A DNA stretch of 64,000 nt from Patescibacteria group bacterium (GTDB taxonomy: Bacteria > Patescibacteriota > Patescibacteriia > JBDRGY01), in NCBI GenBank assembly GCA_043817315.1, contig JBDRGY010000003.1:59181-123180 (forward strand). Direction: 5' to 3'. Both the position numbers and the translations under genes were made by a program. Positions 12,501-20,734 of this stretch are shown piece by piece; within the stretch, counting starts at the first letter, position 1, and every line of letters begins with the position of its first letter. The notes under the pieces were generated by a model. That model did no database searches. It was not told where the DNA came from and was given only the letters and a program-made list of their open reading frames with translations.

Positions 12501-15500
12501 AGTAACCATAGGGGTTAACGGAAATATTGAGGCTCATAGTGAACTAATAACCCTATCTTCCAGTTGGAAAGAATATTCAGTTTATTTCGAAAATATTAAT
12601 TGTGGTGGTGGTTCTTGTGGTACAGCCTATCTTAACTTCATATTACCTAATTCACCCGGCAATCTAGTTTCTTTCTATATCAACGACGTCTCCTTACAGA
12701 CTGTCCTTGAAAAACACAGTGACTGGGAAGCTTCCTATCCTAATGATGAAGATGTGCCCAGTTATCAACAGCAAGATCCTCAATTTGTGGCTCGTTCTTG
12801 CAGAATGTATCCAAGGGAAGATTCTTTACAATGCAGCTATTTTGACAGAGCCAACGCCCGTTCCTATAACGGCTGGAAAGGCTATTGTGTAGAAAAAGAT
12901 CCTCGAAATTCCAATTATTGTCTGCAGTGGTGGCCGGTGGATATCATCCAGGGTGAATCTGATATCTTTGGTACGGAACAGATGGCCGGCTATTTCGGCC
13001 GCACCCCGCTTTACTACTGTCTGCAAATGGGTGTTTACGAATTACACCGTTCTTTTTACAAAACCTTAACCTGTAAATACTGCAAGGAGAAATGTCCCAG
13101 TGGCTACACCAAGAGAACAATAGGAGGTGGTGATAACTGCACTTGCTGTTGGCATTGCGGTCAGATAGCCGGTGATCGTAAAAAGGTGTACTGCGATCCG
13201 GTAGGCGGCGATCACTGGGAGATTTACGACGGTGATATTCTTTACGACAAAGATAACAAGCAGGTAGAAATTATTGCTAAGAAATGTGAAGTGGTAGCCA
13301 AGGTGGTGGGAGTTAGAGGAGAAAATATGGCCTGGGCCGAACGCACTAAATATGGTTCTGATTATACGGTGGTGCCGGATATCGGCTCAACCATCGGTAC
13401 CGACAGGGACCCCTTTGGCTCTTTAGTGCCCCCGGCTAATCAAGAGGATTATCCGGACGGCTGGTCTGGCTCCCCCCCAGAATTTACAGGCTCGGCTAAT
13501 GTGCCGGAACCCCAACCTTTATTTGTGATTCCGGACACCCAGGCCAATTATGAGTCCCTGGCCAGGGCTGGTAAGCCGATGTGTTGCTATGACAATCCGG
13601 GTTGTGGCAGTTCCAATGCCAGGATCAATACCCCTGAATATACCAGGAATGAAAAAATCAACACTACACCATCAGGCGGCAAAGAAAGACTAAAGAGGAT
13701 CTTTGCCAAAGGAATGAGTGCCTGGGTCTGGAATGAACCGAGATGTGAAGAGGGATCTGACCTCTTTCAGTGTACTAATCAAACGGATCCTGGCGTACCA
13801 ATCCAGGGAATCAGTGATATAGACGGCCAGGGTTGTGAGAATGATGCCGGCAATCAAGATGACAATCTATGTTTATTTGAAGCGGGTAGTTGTTCCTCAA
13901 AGATATGTATTATTCCCGGGGTGGATGAAAGCAAGATAGGTTCTTATGATGATGACGGCACTCCTTATATGCACGGCCGTTCCTGCGGTTGTCCGGCTGG
14001 TGAAGGTTTTTGTGAAGTAGTGCAACAATGTAATGATCCGGCAGAAGCTGATTATCTCTTCCCTTGTGGTGATGAAGTCTGTTCGGGAGAGGATATTTGC
14101 GTCCAGTCAATGTGTACCGGGGATAATTTGCATCCGGGCTGGGAAGGAACTTATAACTGTGAAGTCCAAAACAACTGTCCGGACGGTGCTTTCTGTAATA
14201 CAAATAAATCTTGTCAGAGTTACGAACAAACCTGTACTTGCCCCGATGGAGATTGCAATCTGCAATCAGATGTATGCACTAACCATCCCACTATCACTTG
14301 TGATGAAGATGCTGACTGTTGTACCGTGGCTGACGGGGTAGAGTGTACCGGCAGTTGGTGTAATCTCAATAATTCTTGGTGGTGCTCGGCTAATTCCGAC
14401 TGTTCTTATTGTGAAGCTACCGGAGAGCTGTGTATTACTGCGGAACAGATTACCGCCTGTGCTGATGCCGGCAGCTCCTGCCTCAATGATGTCTGTAATG
14501 ATTTATGCGGTCCTAACACTCAATATTTTTGCAGTAATAATCCTACTTTAATATGTGACCCGGACGGACAATGTGACCCGGACTGGGGCTGTGATGCCGC
14601 TAGTCGTTGCGTCAAAGTGGATGAAACTTGTGATTGCCCGGCTGATGCTGATGATTATACAGCCAATGATGTTGCCTACTGTGCCTCCACCAACGCAGCC
14701 GGAGATGAAAATTTCTGTCTCCAGGGACAAGAAGCTTGTGGTTGCCTGGGCGGGCCGGCTGATTGTGAAGCCATTGAAAGATGCTCAGTACCGACCGATG
14801 ACGGACCGGACGGTATCCCAGACACTTATGACGATACTCACACTTCGCCCTGTACCGGTGGTGAAGACCTGTGCTGGGAAGATGCCGGAGCTTGTTATGA
14901 CGGAGTATGTTCAGCCGGGGGCAAGCCTTGTGATGACGCTAACCCTTGTGAGGCGGATGAAGGCTATTGTGTCCAGTACATGTGTGTAGTGGATTACGCA
15001 GTATCCAACACAGCCTGGCAAAAAGGCGGAGTCAATTATATGCAGGCTTGCAGTAGTAGCAATCAGTGTGCTGGAGCTCAAGCTTCTTGCCAGAATTTTG
15101 ATGGTGCCTGCTATTTCCCCTATGATGCACCAGAAGACGGTTCGGTCTGTTTTGAAGACGAAGATTGTTTTTCGACGGCTGCTGTGGCCGGTGGCGAATA
15201 TGGAACCTGTAATGCCAAATACTGTTCGGCTGGAGCCTGGGGCCGTTGTGGCGGTGGAGGTCGGTCCTGCAATCAAGGTGATGAATGTGATGATGGTGTG
15301 GGGGGAACATTATGTGTCAAGAAATTATATAGCTCATGTAATGATGCTGAAGATTGTGGCACTCCACCCTTTGGTGTCTGTCGGGGCACCTGCTCTTTTA
15401 CCGGTTGGACTTGCAGAACCAGCTGTTTCCCCTTTGGGGGAAGTTGCAATAACCCGCACTGCATCGGTGGTCCCAATAACAATGAATCTTGTGGCTCCGA

Positions 15501-16017
15501 TATGGATTGTCGGGGAGATGAGGCCTCATCAACCGCTGGTTATGTGTCGGCTGATTCCCACCTGTCGGTTTGGGATCAGGATTTTGAAGACATGCCGGTT
15601 TGCAATCCTGGTGACCGACAGACTTATGATCCCAGCGATGATGCTTTGGATTACTGCTATTATCCTCCTCTAGTTTCCAATGTCAAAGCTAATGGTAGTA
15701 CTCACGAAGATATTACCATTAACGGATCCGGTCCGATTATTCTGACCTTTAACTCTTCGGTCAATGCCGAACAACTGCCCCTGAGACTGGTTATTGTCGA
15801 TTTTGGTGACGGCTATGTTTTCCGCCGTCGCTTTACTCCGGGAGTACAACCCCATGATGATCCCAGCAATCCCCATGTAATTTCTCACCGCTATGAGTAT
15901 AACGGCACTCCCACTGATTACACTATTAAGGTGACTATCAGCGATAACTGGCAAAAAACCAATGATCCCAATCATCCCAACTCACAATACGCTGGGACAA
16001 TCACGGTTGGACCCTAA
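6529..16017 (+). CDS. Giant (3162 aa) secreted cysteine-rich surface protein with CBM4/9-like and C-terminal PKD-like domains
   Basis: Signal peptide ending AHA. Many CxxDxDC-type modules. CBM-like starts NLLSNSSFE, HDFEEG and LINGDMEEG. C-terminal VDFGDG...SHRY...YTIKVTISDNW. Confidence 0.75.
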   Translation: MGIKHSLKTKMKKALAFIALFGLVVQIAGPVLLYPEIAHAGLPTFATVIAEPFRQMIDAVKYAIQIAGDVMFKNALRTFTAKIAYDTAVWIGSGGKGQKPLFVTKPGRYLADAADSAAGDFLDQLSTAAWGESLCDIAPELKFSIYESIKIQYSLDEKAIRKASCTASDIWKNVQGTQLIAEMEDMFELEQSSLGQLIEIGLQAPEEAAKGREQKQHEYEFGGGYLPTMTFSGIVKTPSVSLSAMVDRSLDLITKSEEQYTGNAVADAIGVFFNTLIKTWIKTLFDEGLNPNVQEGVGQKPKSGVLAAREKFFSLAVPKFSTGGPVDILNELAACPSDARYRTTNNCVIDDRFRLAVEQKMRVKDAVAQGLLDEYKIFGYDAAGQQPDFRNGYPYNTMVVLRKYRILPVGWELAAKYIRDKEDPRQLHTLKDVLEAYDDCPVCDENSENVGDLCDDNDDCIDGPTAPGLCDFTLDSPLCGLVDPAWVLKAPQVTCNRQGPGEQIVHEDWERIVDVNNDGEINQEDPPVQMVTRANYCADDQTCIKENDDGSCAQYGYCYEEKEIWKIDGNGCPEQYGSCLGFKNSNNKSVAYLTDTLDFDHCDENNVGCKWYCQDWDDTTAGYQCNNYPINPLDADSPGPDGDPATLDDNNQIQCTNPDGCTCYTEDNLADPVLDEAGDSCVIADGEWSCTPKCVLPYECQLAECLCVSWSGDYCNVAPGGTECDLGGQPCTLNNSKLTIDSDAETCKAKDTGCSEYIRIVEGTNLLSNSSFEIFTGDANDGAEDTFDAWVKKPGSTFVTYAQVNPYLGNHTLVIEGGAANDYLAHYFETATPIENRSFTFSYYAKTDNSGCSGAYGIDGDQAAGGGATANYTTNWERYHYTHNFTKHCLDAGHALCSTDADCAAGVSCGGDTSIQPFVRPAPGCKLYVDAAQVEVGFVPTEYKEYNTVNQLYLNENRVACLSEEANCNLYTPRRGGDSVPAVITEAGSCDTSSIDCDQCDEDQVGCRAFREQPLEANAPDKEHAWRTGNHCSDDMSISCATDAECVAASAGICIPEVDFIMDSGKECPARYVGCEEYTNLDIVAQGGEGKEYYTYLRLCAEPGNAGCTTYYTWEGSATAGYQIKIHSLIEGGDGGPCTQIDYGAAPETIQCAGFDICDPGIDGADCREYYDAAGIVYYRMERDTITCSDDCHPMRNTIDDRIYPAVPSENEECSSSYKGCREYKGSTGSNVRLVMDHDFEEGNVGEWNGQISSEAITAGGHSLYTSGAISNSMDVNNNLTYILSFWAKGSGTTLNPITIGTVQFDLEPGEIALNDEWHNYTVGPLVYGDDSDVVNLTISGSGNFFIDNIVLQEVGASLYLIKDSYDICDQVNCDEYYDLQKDKHFLKSFTRLCREEAIGCEALIDTQNSSDNPFAETFFTGTEDELTVAGDLTRTLVNNKKHYCKPDAKGCSRLGAPTKEQDQSVSGFESTFLKNDPDKYDDILCRTREVGCDAFDIEDNDSILYFKDPGRRVCTWQEGVNVGSGQLVSGWFRFGTTEACNPDADIYDTRDDDFNNDFVAGDTNDLCQYRVLGECIGTDDPCNNDTDCGGVDSCVDIKRRWCLKSSPAGECHPCYAKTCPKDESTCTEYRDPLSKAISVNIPEVNALDCEVHCPIQYDGMGEPLLVDADCITVGYAGGGRPGCQPYHYLSNSVDKESCNSIINPDDSCVAFAEMRNLYEDINPEGTTSPFAPAACNGCSINRQGVGNTDNELAEICSDNEDCCANVPFNPGDNVDLGACRANTILKVAPDRECNKWAYCRTSWTINMPNGDKEKMCFEIGACNKVDASGECVNTLDLGVCSGDPTQTCTQDYDCNIGETCVINEITVDSPGEIETIQNLSGLAVAGASWKPDGSVVVPGYYAYAGMKEVGLGIDLINGDMEEGETDPWTPVGDTSSLELETSNPQDYTLKVSASEENHGTAYSLNGWVSEGDKVFINFWAKAGEGASSIRVTIGVNGNIEAHSELITLSSSWKEYSVYFENINCGGGSCGTAYLNFILPNSPGNLVSFYINDVSLQTVLEKHSDWEASYPNDEDVPSYQQQDPQFVARSCRMYPREDSLQCSYFDRANARSYNGWKGYCVEKDPRNSNYCLQWWPVDIIQGESDIFGTEQMAGYFGRTPLYYCLQMGVYELHRSFYKTLTCKYCKEKCPSGYTKRTIGGGDNCTCCWHCGQIAGDRKKVYCDPVGGDHWEIYDGDILYDKDNKQVEIIAKKCEVVAKVVGVRGENMAWAERTKYGSDYTVVPDIGSTIGTDRDPFGSLVPPANQEDYPDGWSGSPPEFTGSANVPEPQPLFVIPDTQANYESLARAGKPMCCYDNPGCGSSNARINTPEYTRNEKINTTPSGGKERLKRIFAKGMSAWVWNEPRCEEGSDLFQCTNQTDPGVPIQGISDIDGQGCENDAGNQDDNLCLFEAGSCSSKICIIPGVDESKIGSYDDDGTPYMHGRSCGCPAGEGFCEVVQQCNDPAEADYLFPCGDEVCSGEDICVQSMCTGDNLHPGWEGTYNCEVQNNCPDGAFCNTNKSCQSYEQTCTCPDGDCNLQSDVCTNHPTITCDEDADCCTVADGVECTGSWCNLNNSWWCSANSDCSYCEATGELCITAEQITACADAGSSCLNDVCNDLCGPNTQYFCSNNPTLICDPDGQCDPDWGCDAASRCVKVDETCDCPADADDYTANDVAYCASTNAAGDENFCLQGQEACGCLGGPADCEAIERCSVPTDDGPDGIPDTYDDTHTSPCTGGEDLCWEDAGACYDGVCSAGGKPCDDANPCEADEGYCVQYMCVVDYAVSNTAWQKGGVNYMQACSSSNQCAGAQASCQNFDGACYFPYDAPEDGSVCFEDEDCFSTAAVAGGEYGTCNAKYCSAGAWGRCGGGGRSCNQGDECDDGVGGTLCVKKLYSSCNDAEDCGTPPFGVCRGTCSFTGWTCRTSCFPFGGSCNNPHCIGGPNNNESCGSDMDCRGDEASSTAGYVSADSHLSVWDQDFEDMPVCNPGDRQTYDPSDDALDYCYYPPLVSNVKANGSTHEDITINGSGPIILTFNSSVNAEQLPLRLVIVDFGDGYVFRRRFTPGVQPHDDPSNPHVISHRYEYNGTPTDYTIKVTISDNWQKTNDPNHPNSQYAGTITVGP

Positions 16018-16049
16018 TATTTAGTCGCTAAAAAACAAAAATATAAAGA

Positions 16050-18860
16050 ATGACTCACTTGTTTCGGATAACTGAATTAATTAAAAATTCCCGCAAAGTC
16101 CAACTGGGCGCGGTTATGGTTTTTATTATCGTATTTATTGCCCTGATGATGCCCCAGCAGGCTAATGCTTCCGTTGGCAGTCAAGCGCTAAATATCCTGG
16201 GCAATATTATTGCCGGTTTGATGTGGCCCATTATCTGGCTGTTCGGCAACATGACTCGTCTGATGATCTTTTTGCTGATTCAGGTAGCTAAGTACAATGA
16301 CTTTGCAAATTCTACTGCGGTCAACATAGGTTGGTATCTGGTCAGAGATATTGCCAACCTCTTTTTCGTTATTGTCCTTCTAATCATTGCTGTCAGCACG
16401 GTCTTGGGTATTCAGTCTTGGAGTTATCGCAGCCTTTTGGGCAAGTTCATCCTGATGGTGATTTTGATAAATTTTTCCAAGCTGATCGCTTTATTTTTTA
16501 TAGACTTGAGTCAGGTAATAATGCTTACCTTTGTAGAGGCTTTTGAAGACACCATGGCCAACAATATCTTCGCGGCCGGAGGCTTCAATAAGCTGCTGCA
16601 TATGGGTACCCGTGAAGTTGGTGAATCCCAGGGTCTATCTATAGCAGCTGTATTGGGGTCGACTATTTTAGCCACTATCATGGTAGTGGTTATGTTTATC
16701 GTGCTAACGGCCATGACCATCATGCTGTTAATCAGAATTATTATGCTCTGGCTTTTGATCATCATTTCCCCCCTGGCCTACATGACAGCTACCATCCCGA
16801 CCAGCAAGAAATTTAGCAGCCAATGGTGGGGTATGTTCGGGCAATATCTGATGATCGGTCCGGTTATGGCTTTTTTCATCTGGTTGTCTATGATGCTGAT
16901 TGCCCAGACTCAAGGAGCGCCGTCTACGGAGATATTGGATGCGGGAGTAGCAGAGGAGTCGGTCTTGGGTGAACAACCAGAGGTCTATGGAGCCATTACC
17001 GAGATTTCCGAATCTGGTAATTTTTTAAGCTATGGCATGGCCATTATTTTGCTAACTACTTCTATGATATTTGCCCAGCAATCTGGGGTAATGGGATCCG
17101 GTATTGCCGGCAAGGCGCTGGGAGCGATCCAAAAAACTACCATGGCTCCTTTCAAAACAGCCGGTGGCATAATCAAATACGGACATAATAAGTTATATGG
17201 AAAAACCGGTGTACAACTTAATCCTATGGCTCTGGTACGCGGTGTCCAAGACACATTGAAAAAAAGAGAGAGGGATGATTTGGTTAAAGGTGCTGGAAAG
17301 GCCGGTGCAAGACTGGAAAGAGGGGGGCTGCCAGGCGTCATCGGCGGGTTTTTCGGGGCTGGCCGGGATGCTGCTGAAGCCCATGTCAGTGGTTTTTTGG
17401 GTATTAAAGGAATAGTGAGAGCAGTAAGGGTGGCGCGGCACGCTGCCCCGAGAGTTGCTAAAGTACGTGAGGGTCTGGAGGCAAAACAGGCAGTCATAAC
17501 CCAGAATAGTGATGATTTGGGCGCAAATTATGGAAAGGCTTTTGACAGCACTCATGCCGAAAGACAAACAATGTGGGATAGACATGATGACTTGGAAAGA
17601 GAATACCCGCAACTGGAGCAAAATGTAAGAGATGCTGAAGCTGCTTTTGCAGCGGCTGAAGCCACGGGTACCGATAAAGAAATACAAAAAGCCAGTGATA
17701 AGCTTGATGAAGCCGAGGCCGACGAATCTGCCAATAAGGCAGAGAGGAAGGGTTTAGCTGAATCCGCCGGGCCCAGAGATTTACTGAATCAGGATGAAGA
17801 GCTGGTTAAGAAAGAAGTGGAAACCCGTAAAGGTGTATTAAGAACATTGAATCAAGAGGCCAATAAGGTTCAATCCTATTTGGATAGAATACAACCACCC
17901 AGAGCTTTCTACGCTACTCGGGAAAGGCGGATGCTGGAAGAAGAAGAGGCTGGTAAGATTGACTCAACCAACGAAGATGAGCTGATCCAGATGTTTAGGA
18001 ATGCCCATGCTAATGGTGACATGGTCCAGGCGGCAGCCATTTTTCGTCAAGCTACCAAGGCTGGCCATTTTAATGAAATTATTAATCACGGAGCCAGGGC
18101 AAGGAAAGATTGGTGGCTGGACAAACATGGTGGCACCACTGACAAGAAAGCTGATGGAGTAAAACAGATTGTCTGGCAAGGTGGATTATTTCCCAGTTCA
18201 GCTGGCGGCCCCAATGCCTTTTTCCGGGATGTGATGCAAGGTCAGATGAAAATGGGAGAACAGCATGCCCTATCTTTACAAAACGACTTGAGTAGTTATG
18301 CCGAAGCCATAGGACATTGGGGAGTTGCAGGGCAAATGATTGGTGCCAAGGATGGTAAACTATTCCAGCGGACGGAACCGGATCGTTTGAAACGGTGTGA
18401 TGGTGAATCCGGTAAGAAAGATACTGAAGGCTTGATGCGTCATTCCAGCCGCTTACTGCTGGGGGGTGAAACAGTCGATCCTTTCGATCCCTCAAAAAGA
18501 GAACATACTTTATCACCACTGGGTGTCTCTATTCTAAAGCGTACCATTGTCAGTACCTTGAGTAACTTGCCGCGCGGCCGGTTTAACGAAAACCAAGCGG
18601 CTGCTTTGGTTACCCCCCGCAACCTCAAAATTATGAGAGAGGTTGCCGCAACAATTCCTGATAGTGACGTTTTAAAGTATAATGGTAGACGACGCAAAAC
18701 CAAAGAACTATTAGAAGAAATGATCAGGGGCATTCAGCGATATGCTGCCACTTCTCTGGACAAATCTGGCGAGGAGATGGACGATTTAATAGAATCCATA
18801 GATGGTTTGAAAGACGCATTACCCACAAATATTTCAACACCACCAAAAGCAAAAGCATGA
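16050..18860 (+). CDS. VirB6/TrbL-like polytopic membrane protein with long coiled-coil C-terminus
   Basis: GW..VRDIANLFF, LINFS and R...LWLLIIISPLAY....P motifs; many TM helices; T4SS context. Confidence 0.7.
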   Translation: MTHLFRITELIKNSRKVQLGAVMVFIIVFIALMMPQQANASVGSQALNILGNIIAGLMWPIIWLFGNMTRLMIFLLIQVAKYNDFANSTAVNIGWYLVRDIANLFFVIVLLIIAVSTVLGIQSWSYRSLLGKFILMVILINFSKLIALFFIDLSQVIMLTFVEAFEDTMANNIFAAGGFNKLLHMGTREVGESQGLSIAAVLGSTILATIMVVVMFIVLTAMTIMLLIRIIMLWLLIIISPLAYMTATIPTSKKFSSQWWGMFGQYLMIGPVMAFFIWLSMMLIAQTQGAPSTEILDAGVAEESVLGEQPEVYGAITEISESGNFLSYGMAIILLTTSMIFAQQSGVMGSGIAGKALGAIQKTTMAPFKTAGGIIKYGHNKLYGKTGVQLNPMALVRGVQDTLKKRERDDLVKGAGKAGARLERGGLPGVIGGFFGAGRDAAEAHVSGFLGIKGIVRAVRVARHAAPRVAKVREGLEAKQAVITQNSDDLGANYGKAFDSTHAERQTMWDRHDDLEREYPQLEQNVRDAEAAFAAAEATGTDKEIQKASDKLDEAEADESANKAERKGLAESAGPRDLLNQDEELVKKEVETRKGVLRTLNQEANKVQSYLDRIQPPRAFYATRERRMLEEEEAGKIDSTNEDELIQMFRNAHANGDMVQAAAIFRQATKAGHFNEIINHGARARKDWWLDKHGGTTDKKADGVKQIVWQGGLFPSSAGGPNAFFRDVMQGQMKMGEQHALSLQNDLSSYAEAIGHWGVAGQMIGAKDGKLFQRTEPDRLKRCDGESGKKDTEGLMRHSSRLLLGGETVDPFDPSKREHTLSPLGVSILKRTIVSTLSNLPRGRFNENQAAALVTPRNLKIMREVAATIPDSDVLKYNGRRRKTKELLEEMIRGIQRYAATSLDKSGEEMDDLIESIDGLKDALPTNISTPPKAKA

Positions 18861-20203
18861 CAAAATTAGAAGAATTTACCAAAAGATTATCCAACCCGGC
18901 CACTTTGCCTGTACTGGAAAAAGCGGTCAATAAGTTCATTTTATTTGCTCAGAGAAAGGAAGCTTTTGAAGTATATCGAACAGTATCCGCATTTTTTGCT
19001 CACTCTGATTTCAGCCAGAAATACCCTAAGTTGTACGACCAATACAGGGAGCAGTTAGTTGTAGCCGAATTCGCAGCTCTTTCTTTGCTGTCGGATCAAG
19101 AAGTAATCCAGCTGTTTCGTGAAAAAGCCCGTCAGGCCTTTACTATTGACCTGTATGATGTTAGGGAAGAGCTAAAGATAAAATTGTTGTCAATCTGGGT
19201 ACCAAAAAGAGATGAGTTAAAAAGGAAAATCAAGAAGGCGTTAGTGGAAAACACCCAGAATATCAGTCAGCAGCCGATTCAGTTACACGATAAGCCGGTT
19301 AAGCCAACTATCGGTAATTGGATATTAAGCTATAACGAGGTTCTAGGCACGGAGATAGCGGAAAAAATAAAGTTGAGCAAATACTTTACGGACAATCCAA
19401 ATTTTAAGAATCTAGTTGAAGATGAAAAGAAAATAGTTAAGAATATCCTGGATTTCTACGAACAACTAAAACACAAATCTCTTTCTCTGGAGGGCTTGGA
19501 GGAGGATGTGCCGGTTGATGACGAGGGCCGGGAAGGAGTGATTAAACAAGGAGTATTTGAAAAATTTGATGCTAAGGCCAATGCTGAAGAGTTGACCATG
19601 TATCAAGAGATAATTGACCGAGTAGTAGCTGAAGAAGAAGCAGCGAAGTCCGGAAAAAGAGAGGAGACTCCGGCCAAGACAGTTCCCAGTCCGCAACCAA
19701 AAGATAAAAAAATACAACAAGCCTATAAAGGTGATCAGACAGAAGAAAAAGCAATTGACGATTTGATGCAGCAGCTGGCCGGACAAAAAGCCACTGAAGT
19801 ATTATTTAAGTCTATTAACAGTAAAGATAAAAAAAGAGTAATCGCTGTTTTGCGCTTACTGGCCCAAGAAAGGCAATTGGAAAAGATTATCACTGTAGGC
19901 GGTCAGCTTAGTGCTATGTTTGAAGGATACATGCAGGCCAAATTCGGTCCCGAAATAGTAACTCAATTCAAACAGAATCCCAACAAACCGGTTTACGTTT
20001 ACAGTTTCTTACAGTATATCTTACAGGATAAACTGGGTTTAAGTTCTTCGGAATCAGCCAGGCAAGCTATTCATCTGGCTAATATATATTCAGCCAAGGG
20101 CAACGACCAATACCTAAAGATGGCTTATGCCGATGAGCAATCGGGTGAGTTTAATTGGGCAGAGGTAGTTAAGGGGAATAAGGGGTTGGAAGTAAAGAGG
20201 TAA
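18857..20203 (+). CDS. Hypothetical cytoplasmic protein
   Basis: 448-aa ORF with ATGA overlap to the upstream gene; no recognised motif. Confidence 0.75.
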   Translation: MTKLEEFTKRLSNPATLPVLEKAVNKFILFAQRKEAFEVYRTVSAFFAHSDFSQKYPKLYDQYREQLVVAEFAALSLLSDQEVIQLFREKARQAFTIDLYDVREELKIKLLSIWVPKRDELKRKIKKALVENTQNISQQPIQLHDKPVKPTIGNWILSYNEVLGTEIAEKIKLSKYFTDNPNFKNLVEDEKKIVKNILDFYEQLKHKSLSLEGLEEDVPVDDEGREGVIKQGVFEKFDAKANAEELTMYQEIIDRVVAEEEAAKSGKREETPAKTVPSPQPKDKKIQQAYKGDQTEEKAIDDLMQQLAGQKATEVLFKSINSKDKKRVIAVLRLLAQERQLEKIITVGGQLSAMFEGYMQAKFGPEIVTQFKQNPNKPVYVYSFLQYILQDKLGLSSSESARQAIHLANIYSAKGNDQYLKMAYADEQSGEFNWAEVVKGNKGLEVKR

Positions 20204-20228
20204 CGAGTAACGGGTGACGGGTAATGAG
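20200..20228 (+). repeat. Heptamer tandem array, left flank of the four-helix-bundle gene
   Basis: GTAACGA GTAACGG GTGACGG GTAATGA G. Confidence 0.75.
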
Positions 20229-20265
20229 ATGCAAAGACGGGGATTGATGAATAACCAACAGGGAG

Positions 20266-20655
20266 ATGAAAAATGAAGAGCCCGGGGACGGAAGAATTAG
20301 AGAATTTACAGATTTAGAAGTATGGCGACGGGGCCACAAGTTAGTAATAAAAATATACAGTGTAACAAAAAAATATCCCGGTGAGGAAAAGTATACGTTA
20401 GTTACACAAACAATAAGAGCGGCGGGTTCAATAACAGCAAATATAGCTGAAGGATTCAGCCGTTATTATTATAAGGACAGGGCGAGATTTTATTACAATT
20501 CGAGAGGATCAATATCTGAGTTGCAGAATCATTTAATAGTTGCCAAGGATTTAAAGTATATAACGCAGGGGGAATTTCAAGATTTATATAAAATTTCTGG
20601 CGAAATTCGTAGAATGCTGAATGGATTAATCCGTTCAACCCATAAACAGAGTTAA
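20266..20655 (+). CDS. Four helix bundle protein (23S rRNA IVS-protein / Avd-like family)
   Basis: FTDLEVW, P.EEKY.L..Q..RAA.SI.ANIAEG and SRGS..E motifs; GGGAG just upstream of the start. Confidence 0.9.
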   Translation: MKNEEPGDGRIREFTDLEVWRRGHKLVIKIYSVTKKYPGEEKYTLVTQTIRAAGSITANIAEGFSRYYYKDRARFYYNSRGSISELQNHLIVAKDLKYITQGEFQDLYKISGEIRRMLNGLIRSTHKQS

Positions 20656-20688
20656 TACCCATTACTCGTCACTCGTATCCCATTGCTC
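20656..20688 (-). repeat. Heptamer tandem array, right flank (inverted)
   Basis: Minus strand reads GCAATGG GATACGA GTGACGA GTAATGG GTA. Confidence 0.75.
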
Positions 20689-20734
20689 CGAGCTCGGCCT
20701 TTTTTTATTTACCTTTTTTAGTTAGAATAAGGGT

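Noticed and set aside
20266-20655. Diversity-generating retroelement (Avd-like gene near variable surface proteins)
   Set aside because: No reverse transcriptase and no TR/VR pair seen. The pilin paralogues differ mainly at synonymous sites, not specifically at adenines.
20200-20690. 23S rRNA intervening sequence
   Set aside because: No rRNA sequence flanks the gene.
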